From IMG/VR virus record IMGVR_UViG_3300032560_000008: a stretch of 64,000 nt of DNA; one strand, written 5' to 3'. Below are positions 38,835 through 48,208 of this stretch, one piece after another. Below the pieces are notes generated by a model that made no database searches, had not been told where the DNA came from, and saw only the letters and a list, made by a program, of their open reading frames with translations. Position 1 is the first letter of the stretch. Every line of letters starts with the position of its first letter. Source of the stretch: an uncultured virus (IMG/VR IMGVR_UViG_3300032560_000008). Lineage: Duplodnaviria > Heunggongvirae > Uroviricota > Caudoviricetes. Made by a program: the position numbers and the translations under genes.

Positions 38835-39578
38835 TTATGTGATAATTCCTAACTTATCCTTTTCGATGATATAATCCTTTACAAGATCAGACCGAAGGAT
38901 ATCTTCTTTTGTAAAAGTAATAAATTCAAACTGTTTTATTTTCTTGATGATACGAATGAATTCATTGATGCCATTCTTATCACGATCGTAAATAAAATCA
39001 GATTGAGTATAATCACCCGAAAAAATGATCTTACAATTATGACCTACGCGTGTGATGACTGAGTCACTTTCATGAAGTGTAAGATTTTGCATTTCATCCA
39101 CAATTACTACACAATTACTCAATGTAATACCGCGAACAAATGACGTTGAAATAAATTCAACTAGGCCTTTTGATTTTAGATATTCATATGCATCTGACCG
39201 ATCAAAAAGTTCTGTGCAGATAGCATAATACGGTGCTTCATAGACTTTGGTTTTTTCTTTATTGTTACCGGGGAGAAATCCCATATCTCTAGTAGGAACA
39301 ACTGATCTGATGATATACAGTTTTTCATAATCTGTATTTGCATCTAGAACATCCAACAGAGATAGATACATTGATAAAAATGTTTTACCAGTACCCGCAA
39401 TTCCATTAAGCATCAAATTTTTACCACGATCATAAGCATCAAAAGCTATTCTTTGATTGTCTGTCTTTGGTTTGACTTCCATAAGTTCAAAGTTTGGAGC
39501 TTGTCTAGAATTCCCTTGATCTTGATTGTTTCTTCTTCTTTCTTTTCTTGATTGCCGGCGGATAGCGGTTGAAGTCAT
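38835..39578 (-). CDS. phoH: PhoH-like ATPase
   Basis: G.AGTGKT, GFLPG, RG.T, IVDE.QN and GD..QSD motifs; late promoter at 39652-39659. Confidence 0.93.
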   Translation of the reverse strand: MTSTAIRRQSRKERRRNNQDQGNSRQAPNFELMEVKPKTDNQRIAFDAYDRGKNLMLNGIAGTGKTFLSMYLSLLDVLDANTDYEKLYIIRSVVPTRDMGFLPGNNKEKTKVYEAPYYAICTELFDRSDAYEYLKSKGLVEFISTSFVRGITLSNCVVIVDEMQNLTLHESDSVITRVGHNCKIIFSGDYTQSDFIYDRDKNGINEFIRIIKKIKQFEFITFTKEDILRSDLVKDYIIEKDKLGIIT

Positions 39579-39667
39579 GTAATTATCTTTCTATAAAGTT
39601 ATTGACGTAAAGAATGATGTTTCTTTACCTCCTTTCCCTTTGTTACAAGGGTATTTATAGAATGATG

Positions 39668-39904
39668 CTAAAACGTGTTAACTGTGGATCTTGTAAGGCC
39701 TCTTGAATGTTCTTTTTTGATATTCTTGAGAATATCTCTGAACCCAGAATCTGGCTTTTTTGAAATACCGGAAACAATAGCAGGTGCCGAAAGAATCTGC
39801 TCAATATTTGGTTTATCCTTCAGGTATTCCTGTAGTTCACTATAACTCATATATTCTTCAAACACTTCATCTGTGTAGATATTTCTAAGAGTATATGTAG
39901 GCAT
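39668..39904 (-). CDS. Conserved small T4-like protein (FmdB-like N-terminus lacking the Cys pairs)
   Basis: MPTY......T.E..E..MS and KPD.GFRD.L..IK motifs. Confidence 0.65.
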   Translation of the reverse strand: MPTYTLRNIYTDEVFEEYMSYSELQEYLKDKPNIEQILSAPAIVSGISKKPDSGFRDILKNIKKEHSRGLTRSTVNTF

Positions 39905-40068
39905 TAACATTCATCCTCTTCAAGTTCCATTAGAAGGTCAATATTTTTTGATCGGAGAATATTTGTCAATCTTTTATTTTTTCTATGATTGAAATCTTTA
40001 ATGTTTGGAGTATATTCTTCATCTTCGTAATCATAATCCCTAGCCCGGGGATTCTTTGTTTTACTCAT
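39904..40068 (-). CDS. Hypothetical protein (54 aa)
   Basis: Manual translation MSKTKNPRARDYDYEDEE...LMELEEDEC*; overlaps both neighbours at stop/start. Confidence 0.65.
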   Translation of the reverse strand: MSKTKNPRARDYDYEDEEYTPNIKDFNHRKNKRLTNILRSKNIDLLMELEEDEC

Positions 40069-40481
40069 GTCGGCAGTAATCCTGGAATTGCTTCGTTGAC
40101 TAGTTCACGGGTAATGCCCTTGTATGGCATTTTCTTATCTTTAATCGCAATAAGGAGATTGGCATCCTTGGGGTCAATAGTCTCTAGTAATTCAACATAT
40201 AATTGCTCACGTCGAGTCTGCTTTAATGAAGAATGACCACCTTGAATGAATAGATACATCTTTCTACATTCTGCATAGAATCTATGTTGCTGGTCTACCA
40301 GGTCATTCGGCTTATATGGAGGTGCACCCTCGGGCAATGCCCATACAATGGTAGGATCAAAAGCACCTCTCAAAACTGTCTGCAATGCCACAGTATTATT
40401 AGCCCGAAGCATAGCAATCTTTTCTTCTTTGGTTCTTAGATTTGAAACATTTTCTAAAATTTCCGCCACACCTAATTTCAT
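40065..40481 (-). CDS. Conserved T4-like hypothetical protein downstream of RNase H
   Basis: W.LPEG.PPY and RRE.L....LE motifs. Confidence 0.75.
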   Translation of the reverse strand: MKLGVAEILENVSNLRTKEEKIAMLRANNTVALQTVLRGAFDPTIVWALPEGAPPYKPNDLVDQQHRFYAECRKMYLFIQGGHSSLKQTRREQLYVELLETIDPKDANLLIAIKDKKMPYKGITRELVNEAIPGLLPT

Positions 40482-41356
40482 ACAAACTCTCCGATATTTT
40501 CCATAAGATTTTTTAGACGATGAGACATAAAGTAATTCATCAGATCATTCGACTTCTTATTCTTTTGACCTTCAAAACTTTCAATGACCCTATTATATAT
40601 ATCATTTGGAACTTTATCAAGATCAATTAGTTGTTCATTTCTCCGATAGTTTCTAAGCATAATCTCTGTGCAAAATAGTGTAGGATCCTTGTCCATCCAT
40701 TCCTCAAGTTTCTTAGATGACACACCTTTTTGTCGTTCACCCACAACAAGACAATTATCAGCTGAGAGAAAATTAGGAATTCCATCGCCAGAATCACCGC
40801 GAAGAATGTGTTCACGAAGGTAATTTTTAGGATTGGGATGAGTAACCTTTTTCTTCTTTACGGGATCATATTGTTCAACATTCTTGTATTTTTGAAGTTG
40901 AATAAAATCGTGGTCACCTGAAAGGATTAGGATCTTTTCAACATTTTCAAATGGAAGATATTCATCAGTAACGCCATATTTCCTGCAAAGAGATGCAATG
41001 ACATCATCGGCCTCTGCTGTTTCAATGTCAATGACAGTATATGGGAAGTGATCCTTCAATTCCTGACGAATCTTATTCATACATTCAAATATTTGCTTCC
41101 AATTCAATTCAGACTTCTCGATATTCTTCTTTCGATTGGCCTTATAATATGGGAAGATTTGTTTCCGCCAATAGTTTTTATTATCACAAGCAATAACAAA
41201 TTGGCCGTATTCAGAACCAAATTTATTTTTATTCATACGAAGAGAATTGAGAATCATATGCCGTAGCATATTTTCCTCGACCTCAGTATTTGTATGAGTC
41301 CCAAGTTGTGCCATTAGATTTGCTAATACTACCTGGGATAGATCCACAATAATCAC
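40478..41356 (-). CDS. rnh: T4-type RNase H (5'-3' exonuclease)
   Basis: LRHMILN, YWR...FPYYKA.R, EADD.I, SGD.DF.QL and GD.GDGIPN motifs. Confidence 0.93.
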   Translation of the reverse strand: MIIVDLSQVVLANLMAQLGTHTNTEVEENMLRHMILNSLRMNKNKFGSEYGQFVIACDNKNYWRKQIFPYYKANRKKNIEKSELNWKQIFECMNKIRQELKDHFPYTVIDIETAEADDVIASLCRKYGVTDEYLPFENVEKILILSGDHDFIQLQKYKNVEQYDPVKKKKVTHPNPKNYLREHILRGDSGDGIPNFLSADNCLVVGERQKGVSSKKLEEWMDKDPTLFCTEIMLRNYRRNEQLIDLDKVPNDIYNRVIESFEGQKNKKSNDLMNYFMSHRLKNLMENIGEFV

Positions 41357-41452
41357 TTAAATACTCCTCAGAAAAATAAAGAATACATTATTAAAACAAA
41401 TGCTACCAAACATACTACAAAGTATGATATTACTGCTATACTTATTATAGTT

Positions 41453-41842
41453 TCAATCAAGTTTTTTGTCTTTGTCTTTACTTACCTTAATGTTAATATC
41501 GGCATTTTCCACTAAATTGAGATAACCATCTTCATCCTCAATAAAAAGTGATTTGGCAAATATTTGAAACATATGATTCATATCACATTTACTACAAAGT
41601 AATGATCTAATTGCCTCACAGATAAAAGCGCCATATCTTAGATCATCATCATTTTCATCATCTAGATCAAAACCTGCCATGTTTAATCTATCAAATAGAA
41701 AAGGAATGACGGTCTCGATTGTTTCTTGAATATGAAACTGTTTTACAAATTCAATATTATTTTCAACTTCCTCTATGTTTGTTGGAGAACCAAAATTAGG
41801 TTTAATTGGAAATCGAATGATGTTGTTTGATGATTTTGCCAT
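41453..41842 (-). CDS. Hypothetical protein
   Basis: ORF in operon; NII.FP N-terminal motif. Confidence 0.65.
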   Translation of the reverse strand: MAKSSNNIIRFPIKPNFGSPTNIEEVENNIEFVKQFHIQETIETVIPFLFDRLNMAGFDLDDENDDDLRYGAFICEAIRSLLCSKCDMNHMFQIFAKSLFIEDEDGYLNLVENADINIKVSKDKDKKLD

Positions 41843-41873
41843 GGTGTTATTCTATCACATTTTTGAGGTTAAG

Positions 41874-42893
41874 TCAATCATTTCCGATGATTGTACTACC
41901 ATTAAAGGTAAAGTTAAAATCATAGATTTTGCAACCGGTTCCATTAGTGATGGCAATCGCAACATCTCTTCTGGAATCTGGTGGAACATAAAAGATGAAA
42001 AAACCACCGCCACCAGCACCAAGCAATTTGCCACCAATAGCGCCATTTTGAATGGCTTTATCATATATATCATCAAAAAAAGTATTCGAAATATCTTTTG
42101 TTACTTGTTTCTTATCCATCCATGCTCTATGAAGAAGATGAGCAAAATCTTCTACCTTATTTTCACAAAGTAGTTTCATTCCTTCATATGCTTTATCACG
42201 TGAATTGGCAACTAACTGAAACTTATGAGAATCTGTCATAGCATCATTTTGCTTTTTAAGAATTGCATTGGCAGACCTAGGCTTTCCAGAATATACAAGG
42301 AAAAGATTATTTTCTAATTTCCTAAGAGCCTTTTCAGGAATAGAAGGAGATGTAATATCAACACTTCCGTCAGTATTAAACCTATAAAGATTAAAGCCGC
42401 CATACGCCGCAGCATATTGATCCTGCTTGCCGATAGGAAATCCACATTTTTCAATTTCAATTTTACATGCCTCTTCAGCTAATACTCTTTTATTATCATA
42501 CAATTTTGAAAATTTACCAAAAGTATTTTCTTGACTTTGTTTCAGACAATTAAGAATACCTACAGTAAATGCAGATGATGAACCTAAACCTGAACCTTTT
42601 GCTATAATATCAGAAATTGATCCAGTAGTAACAGTATCAGTCATACTGCTCATGCCATAGTATTTTAATGCTTCGCGTGTAATATCGTGTTGTATATCAT
42701 CAAGTGATTCATAAGTCTGAATATCATCATACATTGTTTTGAAATTCATATGACGAGACTGATGAACTAGGGTGTAGATATATTTGTCAATCGTGCATGA
42801 AAGAGCAGCACCAGGTTCCTTTTTATAAAAGGATTCCATATCTGAACCACCAGAGAAGAATGAGATTCTGAGAGGTGTTTTTGAAATAATCAT
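41874..42893 (-). CDS. hddA: GHMP kinase, HddA-like heptose-7-phosphate kinase
   Basis: TPLRISF.SGG.D, GSGLGSSSA, GKQDQYA.AYGG and GGKLLGAGGGGF motifs. Confidence 0.85.
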   Translation of the reverse strand: MIISKTPLRISFFSGGSDMESFYKKEPGAALSCTIDKYIYTLVHQSRHMNFKTMYDDIQTYESLDDIQHDITREALKYYGMSSMTDTVTTGSISDIIAKGSGLGSSSAFTVGILNCLKQSQENTFGKFSKLYDNKRVLAEEACKIEIEKCGFPIGKQDQYAAAYGGFNLYRFNTDGSVDITSPSIPEKALRKLENNLFLVYSGKPRSANAILKKQNDAMTDSHKFQLVANSRDKAYEGMKLLCENKVEDFAHLLHRAWMDKKQVTKDISNTFFDDIYDKAIQNGAIGGKLLGAGGGGFFIFYVPPDSRRDVAIAITNGTGCKIYDFNFTFNGSTIIGND

Positions 42894-43888
42894 CACACTG
42901 TCCTATAGACAAATGTTTCTGATGGTTTCTTTCTACTCTCGGGTGTAGGATATTTTTCCAAAAGTCCCTTGAGCATATGCTCCCATTTGTTCTTGATGAG
43001 ATCAATGTTATACCGAGTATCAACAAAAGCCTTATTCAACTGAATCATATTCTTATGTTGCTTTGTTTTATAAAGTTTGATTGCTGCATCTAGATGTGAT
43101 GCAAAAATATTTGCATGAATTACCTTATTTGAATCACCGTGATACATGATATTTAAACCACCAGATGTTTCAGGCAAAGCACCATAGTCAGGATGTACAC
43201 AAATAAGTCCAGCAGACATTGCTTCCAACATAGCTCTACAACTAGTCTCAAGCCATATAGAAGGATAAGCAAAAATATGAGACTTGTTTAGATGTTCCTT
43301 AAGTTCTGCATTTGGAACAAATCCACGATAGGTCATATTTGGATGTTGTCTGATCCGATTATACAGTGGTTCAAATGCCTTGTCTGATTCTTCCCAACCA
43401 TAAATCTTAAAAGATGAAAATACATCAAGATGAATTTCAGGATGAATTTTTGATAACTCTTCTACAACAGGAACAAGAAGTTCTAGACCTCGATTTGGGG
43501 TTGATGTATATACAAGACGAATGGTTTCATCATCACGATCTTGTAATTGTGGCGCTGGTTCAATACCAGTTTCCAGAACAATAGACTTCTGGTCATATGC
43601 AAGACCATGAATAAGATGATATCGTTGATATTGCCAATTTGAAATAAATACAAATTGATGAATATCATTTAGAAAGTTATTATTTTTAAATTTGGAAGAT
43701 TCCGGGTCTTCGGGCAAGTCGTGAGCCCAAAATATTCTAATCTTATCCTGTTTTAGTTCTCTAGGTCGCGACGAGATAATCTGAAAATGTTCCAATAGAT
43801 TTGGATCAATAATACTAGCCAACTTACGTTTGGCAATTTCAGTTCCACCATTTGCGTTTACTGAAATTTCATTTTCTTCAAATGACAT
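42893..43888 (-). CDS. GT-B (family 4-like) glycosyltransferase
   Basis: GGTE, YTSTP.RGL, YPS.W.ETSC...LEAM.AG and GALPET motifs. Confidence 0.88.
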   Translation of the reverse strand: MSFEENEISVNANGGTEIAKRKLASIIDPNLLEHFQIISSRPRELKQDKIRIFWAHDLPEDPESSKFKNNNFLNDIHQFVFISNWQYQRYHLIHGLAYDQKSIVLETGIEPAPQLQDRDDETIRLVYTSTPNRGLELLVPVVEELSKIHPEIHLDVFSSFKIYGWEESDKAFEPLYNRIRQHPNMTYRGFVPNAELKEHLNKSHIFAYPSIWLETSCRAMLEAMSAGLICVHPDYGALPETSGGLNIMYHGDSNKVIHANIFASHLDAAIKLYKTKQHKNMIQLNKAFVDTRYNIDLIKNKWEHMLKGLLEKYPTPESRKKPSETFVYRTV

Positions 43889-43897
43889 AATATATCC

Positions 43898-44626
43898 TTA
43901 AATCTTGTATCCAGATGCCTGAGCATCATTGTAAAACATCTTTACGGTCTCAATAGAATAGTCATCTAGATTTTTTCCTAGAAGAGGTAACTTCTTAATG
44001 AGATCGGGAGTCATAGTAATAATATCAGAGAAACAATAGTCGGCTTGAATAACATGATTTACTTCACGTGTTGATGCCCACAAGAGTTTAATATTTTTTG
44101 AAGGCGGATTTGCACCCTGCCAATCCTTAATCAGATTCTTTGCATTTCTTCCGGAATCCTGTATTCTTCCTGCAAAAATTGAAACAATACCAAAGTTGGT
44201 TCCTTCTAGATCCCAAACAGCACGTGAATATTGCTTATTTGTAAATACAGCAGTAACATTTACAGACACACCTTCGCGCGTAAGAGTTCGAACTACATTC
44301 CCTGTAGTTTCACCTTTTGTATCAATACAAGGAATCTTGACAAGAACAGGATAGCCATAAGTCTTCGAGAGAGCATCAAGCTTTAGAGCTTGGTCGACCA
44401 TTTCACCGTGATCGTCTGAAAATACTTCAAGACTGATATTGGTATCAGGACGGAGTTCCTTGAGCTTTGGAATAATTCTATTACAGAATTCCATATAGTC
44501 TGTGATACCAGCGGCGCGCATAAGTGATGGATTTGTAGTAAAACCTTTCACGATGGGATTCTTTGCCGCCTCTAGAATTCCATTTTCATCAGCGCCATCA
44601 GCATAGATGTCGACATAATAATTCAT
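43898..44626 (-). CDS. tal: Transaldolase (TalC/FSA-type)
   Basis: GFTTNPSL, S.EV, VKIP, NVTAVF, SIFAGRI.D.G and LWASTRE motifs. Confidence 0.9.
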   Translation of the reverse strand: MNYYVDIYADGADENGILEAAKNPIVKGFTTNPSLMRAAGITDYMEFCNRIIPKLKELRPDTNISLEVFSDDHGEMVDQALKLDALSKTYGYPVLVKIPCIDTKGETTGNVVRTLTREGVSVNVTAVFTNKQYSRAVWDLEGTNFGIVSIFAGRIQDSGRNAKNLIKDWQGANPPSKNIKLLWASTREVNHVIQADYCFSDIITMTPDLIKKLPLLGKNLDDYSIETVKMFYNDAQASGYKI

Positions 44627-45150
44627 TATATAATCCTTTCAATAAGATCAACAGCTTCTTTAATATCTCTAGCAATCATAGTAGGTTTAATATCACTAAA
44701 TTCCGCGGATGTCGTGTAAGTTTCACCTAGAAAAATAGTAGTTAGACCACTTCTATGACCACACACAATGTCTTTCCATCTATCACCGATCATAAAACTT
44801 TTGATTTTATCAATTCTATATAAGGTAATATATAGTTCTACGTGAGCATTATTTGGCTTATATTCTGGTGTATTTCGACCCATAGAGGAATGTATATTCA
44901 ATACACCCATTGAATAGATGACAGCATTCATTTTCCTTAAATCTTCAAGGGATAATTTGCCGTCATTTACGTCGGGTTGATTTGTTACCACAATAATACT
45001 ATAACCCATTTTGTGGATTTTGTCAATGGATTCTTTTACGTTTGGAAGTAATTCAAATTCCTCAAAAGACCATGGAGCAGTTCTTTCTCCGTTTGGTCTT
45101 TCTACAAGTTTATTTATTACGCCGTCACGATCAAGGAATACACACTTCAT
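44626..45150 (-). CDS. gmhB: HAD phosphatase, GmhB-like heptose-1,7-bisphosphate phosphatase
   Basis: FLDRDGVIN, VTNQ, KP and MIGDR..D motifs. Confidence 0.85.
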   Translation of the reverse strand: MKCVFLDRDGVINKLVERPNGERTAPWSFEEFELLPNVKESIDKIHKMGYSIIVVTNQPDVNDGKLSLEDLRKMNAVIYSMGVLNIHSSMGRNTPEYKPNNAHVELYITLYRIDKIKSFMIGDRWKDIVCGHRSGLTTIFLGETYTTSAEFSDIKPTMIARDIKEAVDLIERII

Positions 45151-45758
45151 TACCAGGTAGTCTTTCTCACTTGTAAATAAGGATTGCTAACAAAGCAATG
45201 CCAGATGATACTTTGGAATGCTTCAGAGTGTGGGGTAATTCTATCAGGATTTACAGAAGGAACAACCAATGCAATATCGGCATTCTTAGCAATATAGCCA
45301 TCGGCTTTACCTACGATGCCAATAGTAAAAGCACCTCTAACTTTTGCTAGATCAAGAGCATTGATTAGATTTACAGAAATTCCACGTTCCTTTGAACCAC
45401 CACCGACTGATAAGAATAAAACGGCATCGGTATGATTTAACTTTGAAGTTCTAAGCCACTCAGAAAATACGGTCTCAAAACCATCATCATTGGTTCTAGC
45501 AGTAAGTTCCGAGACATTATCAACAGGTGAATATGCTTCAATGCCACAAAGTTTTCTAAGATCATTGACCATGTGTGATGCATTGCCAGCAGATCCACCT
45601 ACACCAAGAACAAATACACGACCCTTTGAATCCCGCACATCCCATAAAAATCTACTGATAGAACTTACCTTAGCAATAAATTCTTTATTATTACAGAGTT
45701 GTGCAATTTCAAGTACTTCTTGAAAATATTTATCGGTGTGTGGTGACGGAAGCATCAT
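45150..45758 (-). CDS. gmhA: SIS-domain sedoheptulose-7-phosphate isomerase (GmhA-like)
   Basis: G.GGSA.NASH, TA..ND.G, S..G and E..Q...H motifs. Confidence 0.85.
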   Translation of the reverse strand: MMLPSPHTDKYFQEVLEIAQLCNNKEFIAKVSSISRFLWDVRDSKGRVFVLGVGGSAGNASHMVNDLRKLCGIEAYSPVDNVSELTARTNDDGFETVFSEWLRTSKLNHTDAVLFLSVGGGSKERGISVNLINALDLAKVRGAFTIGIVGKADGYIAKNADIALVVPSVNPDRITPHSEAFQSIIWHCFVSNPYLQVRKTTW

Positions 45759-46155
45759 GTATTCTCTTTCTCAATTCTGTTGAACTATAAGAATGATTTC
45801 TAGTATTGTAAATAATTTCGGTTCCCACTTGCATACAGACTGTTGTTCCTGTAAGTGAAATTCTCATATATTCAACACCAACAAATCGTTTAGTAGGCCT
45901 TATGATACCGATCAGATTTTCTAAATCCTTTTCAGTATCATAAGGAATAATCTTGTCAATATACTTACAAGCTTCTAGTTGAATATATCGTTCTAAAATT
46001 GATTGGATAGGCTTATTCTTGTGTTTTCTATCAATGGAAGGATCTGTTTGGAGGCCTACAACAAGATAGTCACATTGTTCCTTACATTCCTTAAGCATAG
46101 CAATATGACCTGCATGGAATAAATCAAATGCAGAACATGTAAACCCTACAATCAT
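45730..46155 (-). CDS. Cytidylyltransferase-family nucleotidyltransferase (TagD / HldE-C-like)
   Basis: FDL.HAGH, L.VG...D, ER and SST.LR motifs; start at MIVGFTCS. Confidence 0.85.
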   Translation of the reverse strand: MIVGFTCSAFDLFHAGHIAMLKECKEQCDYLVVGLQTDPSIDRKHKNKPIQSILERYIQLEACKYIDKIIPYDTEKDLENLIGIIRPTKRFVGVEYMRISLTGTTVCMQVGTEIIYNTRNHSYSSTELRKRIHDASVTTHR

Positions 46156-46976
46156 TGAATCACCATATACGTATTCTTTCCATCCCATGGTGTTTCTGAA
46201 AAGACTGTAAATGTAGGATCTCTATCTCTATCCTTGAACATAGTTCTGAAATATTCATCATTTACTTCCTTTCCAAAAATCTTAGCTTGATACATGACAA
46301 GCCAATTCTTGGAGTCGATGATTGTAGGCATCAATTTCTCACGGTATTCCAATGGAGTTTCCGAAAGAGACCATGTTGCAATAACCAAATCCGCAGGTTC
46401 TACATCAGTAGATTCAAACCTGAAATTTGCATTGATACCTTGCTTCTTTAAATAGTAATCCTGAATTGGGCTAATTTCTGGAATATCAATAATAGTATAT
46501 TTACCAGTAAACCCCATTTTATGAACTACAGAACACATGTCACCATATCCAGCACCAATTTCAATAATGCTTTTATAACTGGACAATCTTTCTGGTGTAA
46601 AGTCTGTAATGACCAAATGACCGACATCCTGAATTCGTTGAATTGATGTATCAAAATCACTCAGAGCACGAAATACTTCTGCCTTTTCAACAGGGATGCC
46701 AATCCAATTTTCTTTTAACGCTTCTGCTACAATAGGGTTTTTATATGCTTCCGAAAGAGCAGCAGCATAAAATTTGCCTGTTCTATATTGAGTTACAAAA
46801 GGAACATTGTGAACACTTGCCCAAAGCCTAAAGCGAGAAAGAGGTAAATGCTTGCAATCATATTCAAAAACTTCACGCATTGTTGGCCAATATTCAGGCC
46901 CATTTACCTGTTTAGCCTTAATCATCTTTTGTGAATTGAGTGAATTATGATCAAAATCAGACCAAATAAACATCAT
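46152..46976 (-). CDS. Putative sugar O-methyltransferase
   Basis: IIEIGAGYG, Y.I.D.P and A.WSLSE motifs. Confidence 0.75.
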   Translation of the reverse strand: MMFIWSDFDHNSLNSQKMIKAKQVNGPEYWPTMREVFEYDCKHLPLSRFRLWASVHNVPFVTQYRTGKFYAAALSEAYKNPIVAEALKENWIGIPVEKAEVFRALSDFDTSIQRIQDVGHLVITDFTPERLSSYKSIIEIGAGYGDMCSVVHKMGFTGKYTIIDIPEISPIQDYYLKKQGINANFRFESTDVEPADLVIATWSLSETPLEYREKLMPTIIDSKNWLVMYQAKIFGKEVNDEYFRTMFKDRDRDPTFTVFSETPWDGKNTYMVIQ

Positions 46977-47386
46977 TCAGCTCCACTTTCATGAGCTGGT
47001 GGTGTTTGCAATATTGCTTTTCGTTCAATAAAACCAGTCCGAATTGTCTTAGCATTAAAATACTTGACCATCATATTTTCAACAATTCTTACATCATATG
47101 GCTTGCATGAGAATACATCTAGATAGACTTCATCATTTTCATCCACAAAATGAGCGCAAATGTTTGAAGTTTCGATAAGTTGAACTAGAGTATATCCAGA
47201 CTTATCTCCTGATCCAAACTTTACAATCTGTGGTTCACCATATGGAACCATGTCAATTTCCTTGACCAGTTCCTTTGCAAAATTATAGATATTATCATAA
47301 TCTGTAATTGAATTGTGATTACAGCCTGCAGCATCCATAATACAGTGCCAACCCCATGGGGTTACCTTATCAGTCACATATAACAT
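46973..47386 (-). CDS. speD: SpeD (AdoMetDC)-like decarboxylase, copy 2
   Basis: WG.H...D...C, GYTLVQLIETSNI.AHF and YLDVFSCKP motifs. Confidence 0.82.
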   Translation of the reverse strand: MLYVTDKVTPWGWHCIMDAAGCNHNSITDYDNIYNFAKELVKEIDMVPYGEPQIVKFGSGDKSGYTLVQLIETSNICAHFVDENDEVYLDVFSCKPYDVRIVENMMVKYFNAKTIRTGFIERKAILQTPPAHESGAE

Positions 47387-47396
47387 TTTATATCCT

Positions 47397-47666
47397 TTAG
47401 TGTGCTTGAACTTCGGCTACGTAACTTACCGTATCAATACGGAATGAGCGCCAACCATTATTTTGAACATCCCATGCGCGGATGACTTCTTTATTTTCCC
47501 GATGAAAAGTCTTTTCACCTTCGGCTTCCTCTAGATACTTAGCAGGAAGTCTTTCGGGCTTTAGTGTGCAACGAAGAGTTCGTTCCTCACCATTCATCTT
47601 GGTAAAAACAACTTCAATAACCTTCGTACGAAGATCATTTAAAATAGAATCACGTTCATACATCAT
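47397..47666 (-). CDS. Small SH3/WYL-like beta-barrel protein
   Basis: V.FTK.NG..R...CTL and WD....GWRSFR motifs. Confidence 0.7.
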   Translation of the reverse strand: MMYERDSILNDLRTKVIEVVFTKMNGEERTLRCTLKPERLPAKYLEEAEGEKTFHRENKEVIRAWDVQNNGWRSFRIDTVSYVAEVQAH

Positions 47667-47667
47667 A

Positions 47668-47937
47668 TCAAGTATTCTCCGCCAAAAATTTCATAGTACC
47701 GGTTCGTTGTTCTTCAAGAAGAACCATTGTCTTGAACTGTTCATATCCACCAATCATCATACCATCAATAACAATTACAGGATATGTTTTGATTGTAGGA
47801 TACTTTTCTAGTAATACTTCTCGAGTAAAATCTTCATTCAGCTTATATTCAGTATAAACTATATTCTTGTTGGCCATAAGTTCCTTGGCCTTAAAGCAAT
47901 AGCTACATGATGGCTTCGTGTAAATCTCAACTTGCAT
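47668..47937 (-). CDS. nrdC: Glutaredoxin
   Basis: CSYC active site, T.P and IGGY motifs. Confidence 0.9.
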   Translation of the reverse strand: MQVEIYTKPSCSYCFKAKELMANKNIVYTEYKLNEDFTREVLLEKYPTIKTYPVIVIDGMMIGGYEQFKTMVLLEEQRTGTMKFLAENT

Positions 47938-47954
47938 AATATAAACTCCTAATA

Positions 47955-48176
47955 TTACTTCAATGCTTCAGTGGTTGAGGTGTTGAGAACAATATATGCC
48001 TCTGAAGCATTATTCATTGAAGCAAAATAAGCTTCATACTTATCTACCGCTTCCTTTAAATTCTTTGCCCAAACAAGTCGTGTCTGCTTTGACTGAACTG
48101 AACTTGCACCTGCCTGTAGTGGCTGTAGTCTAACCTCACCTTCAATCAAGTATAAATTTACTACTGGTCTAGCCAT
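47955..48176 (-). CDS. Hypothetical protein
   Basis: ORF with GGAG Shine-Dalgarno. Confidence 0.6.
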   Translation of the reverse strand: MARPVVNLYLIEGEVRLQPLQAGASSVQSKQTRLVWAKNLKEAVDKYEAYFASMNNASEAYIVLNTSTTEALK

Positions 48177-48208
48177 ATTATATCTCCATAGTTTTAGTTT
48201 GTCAACAA

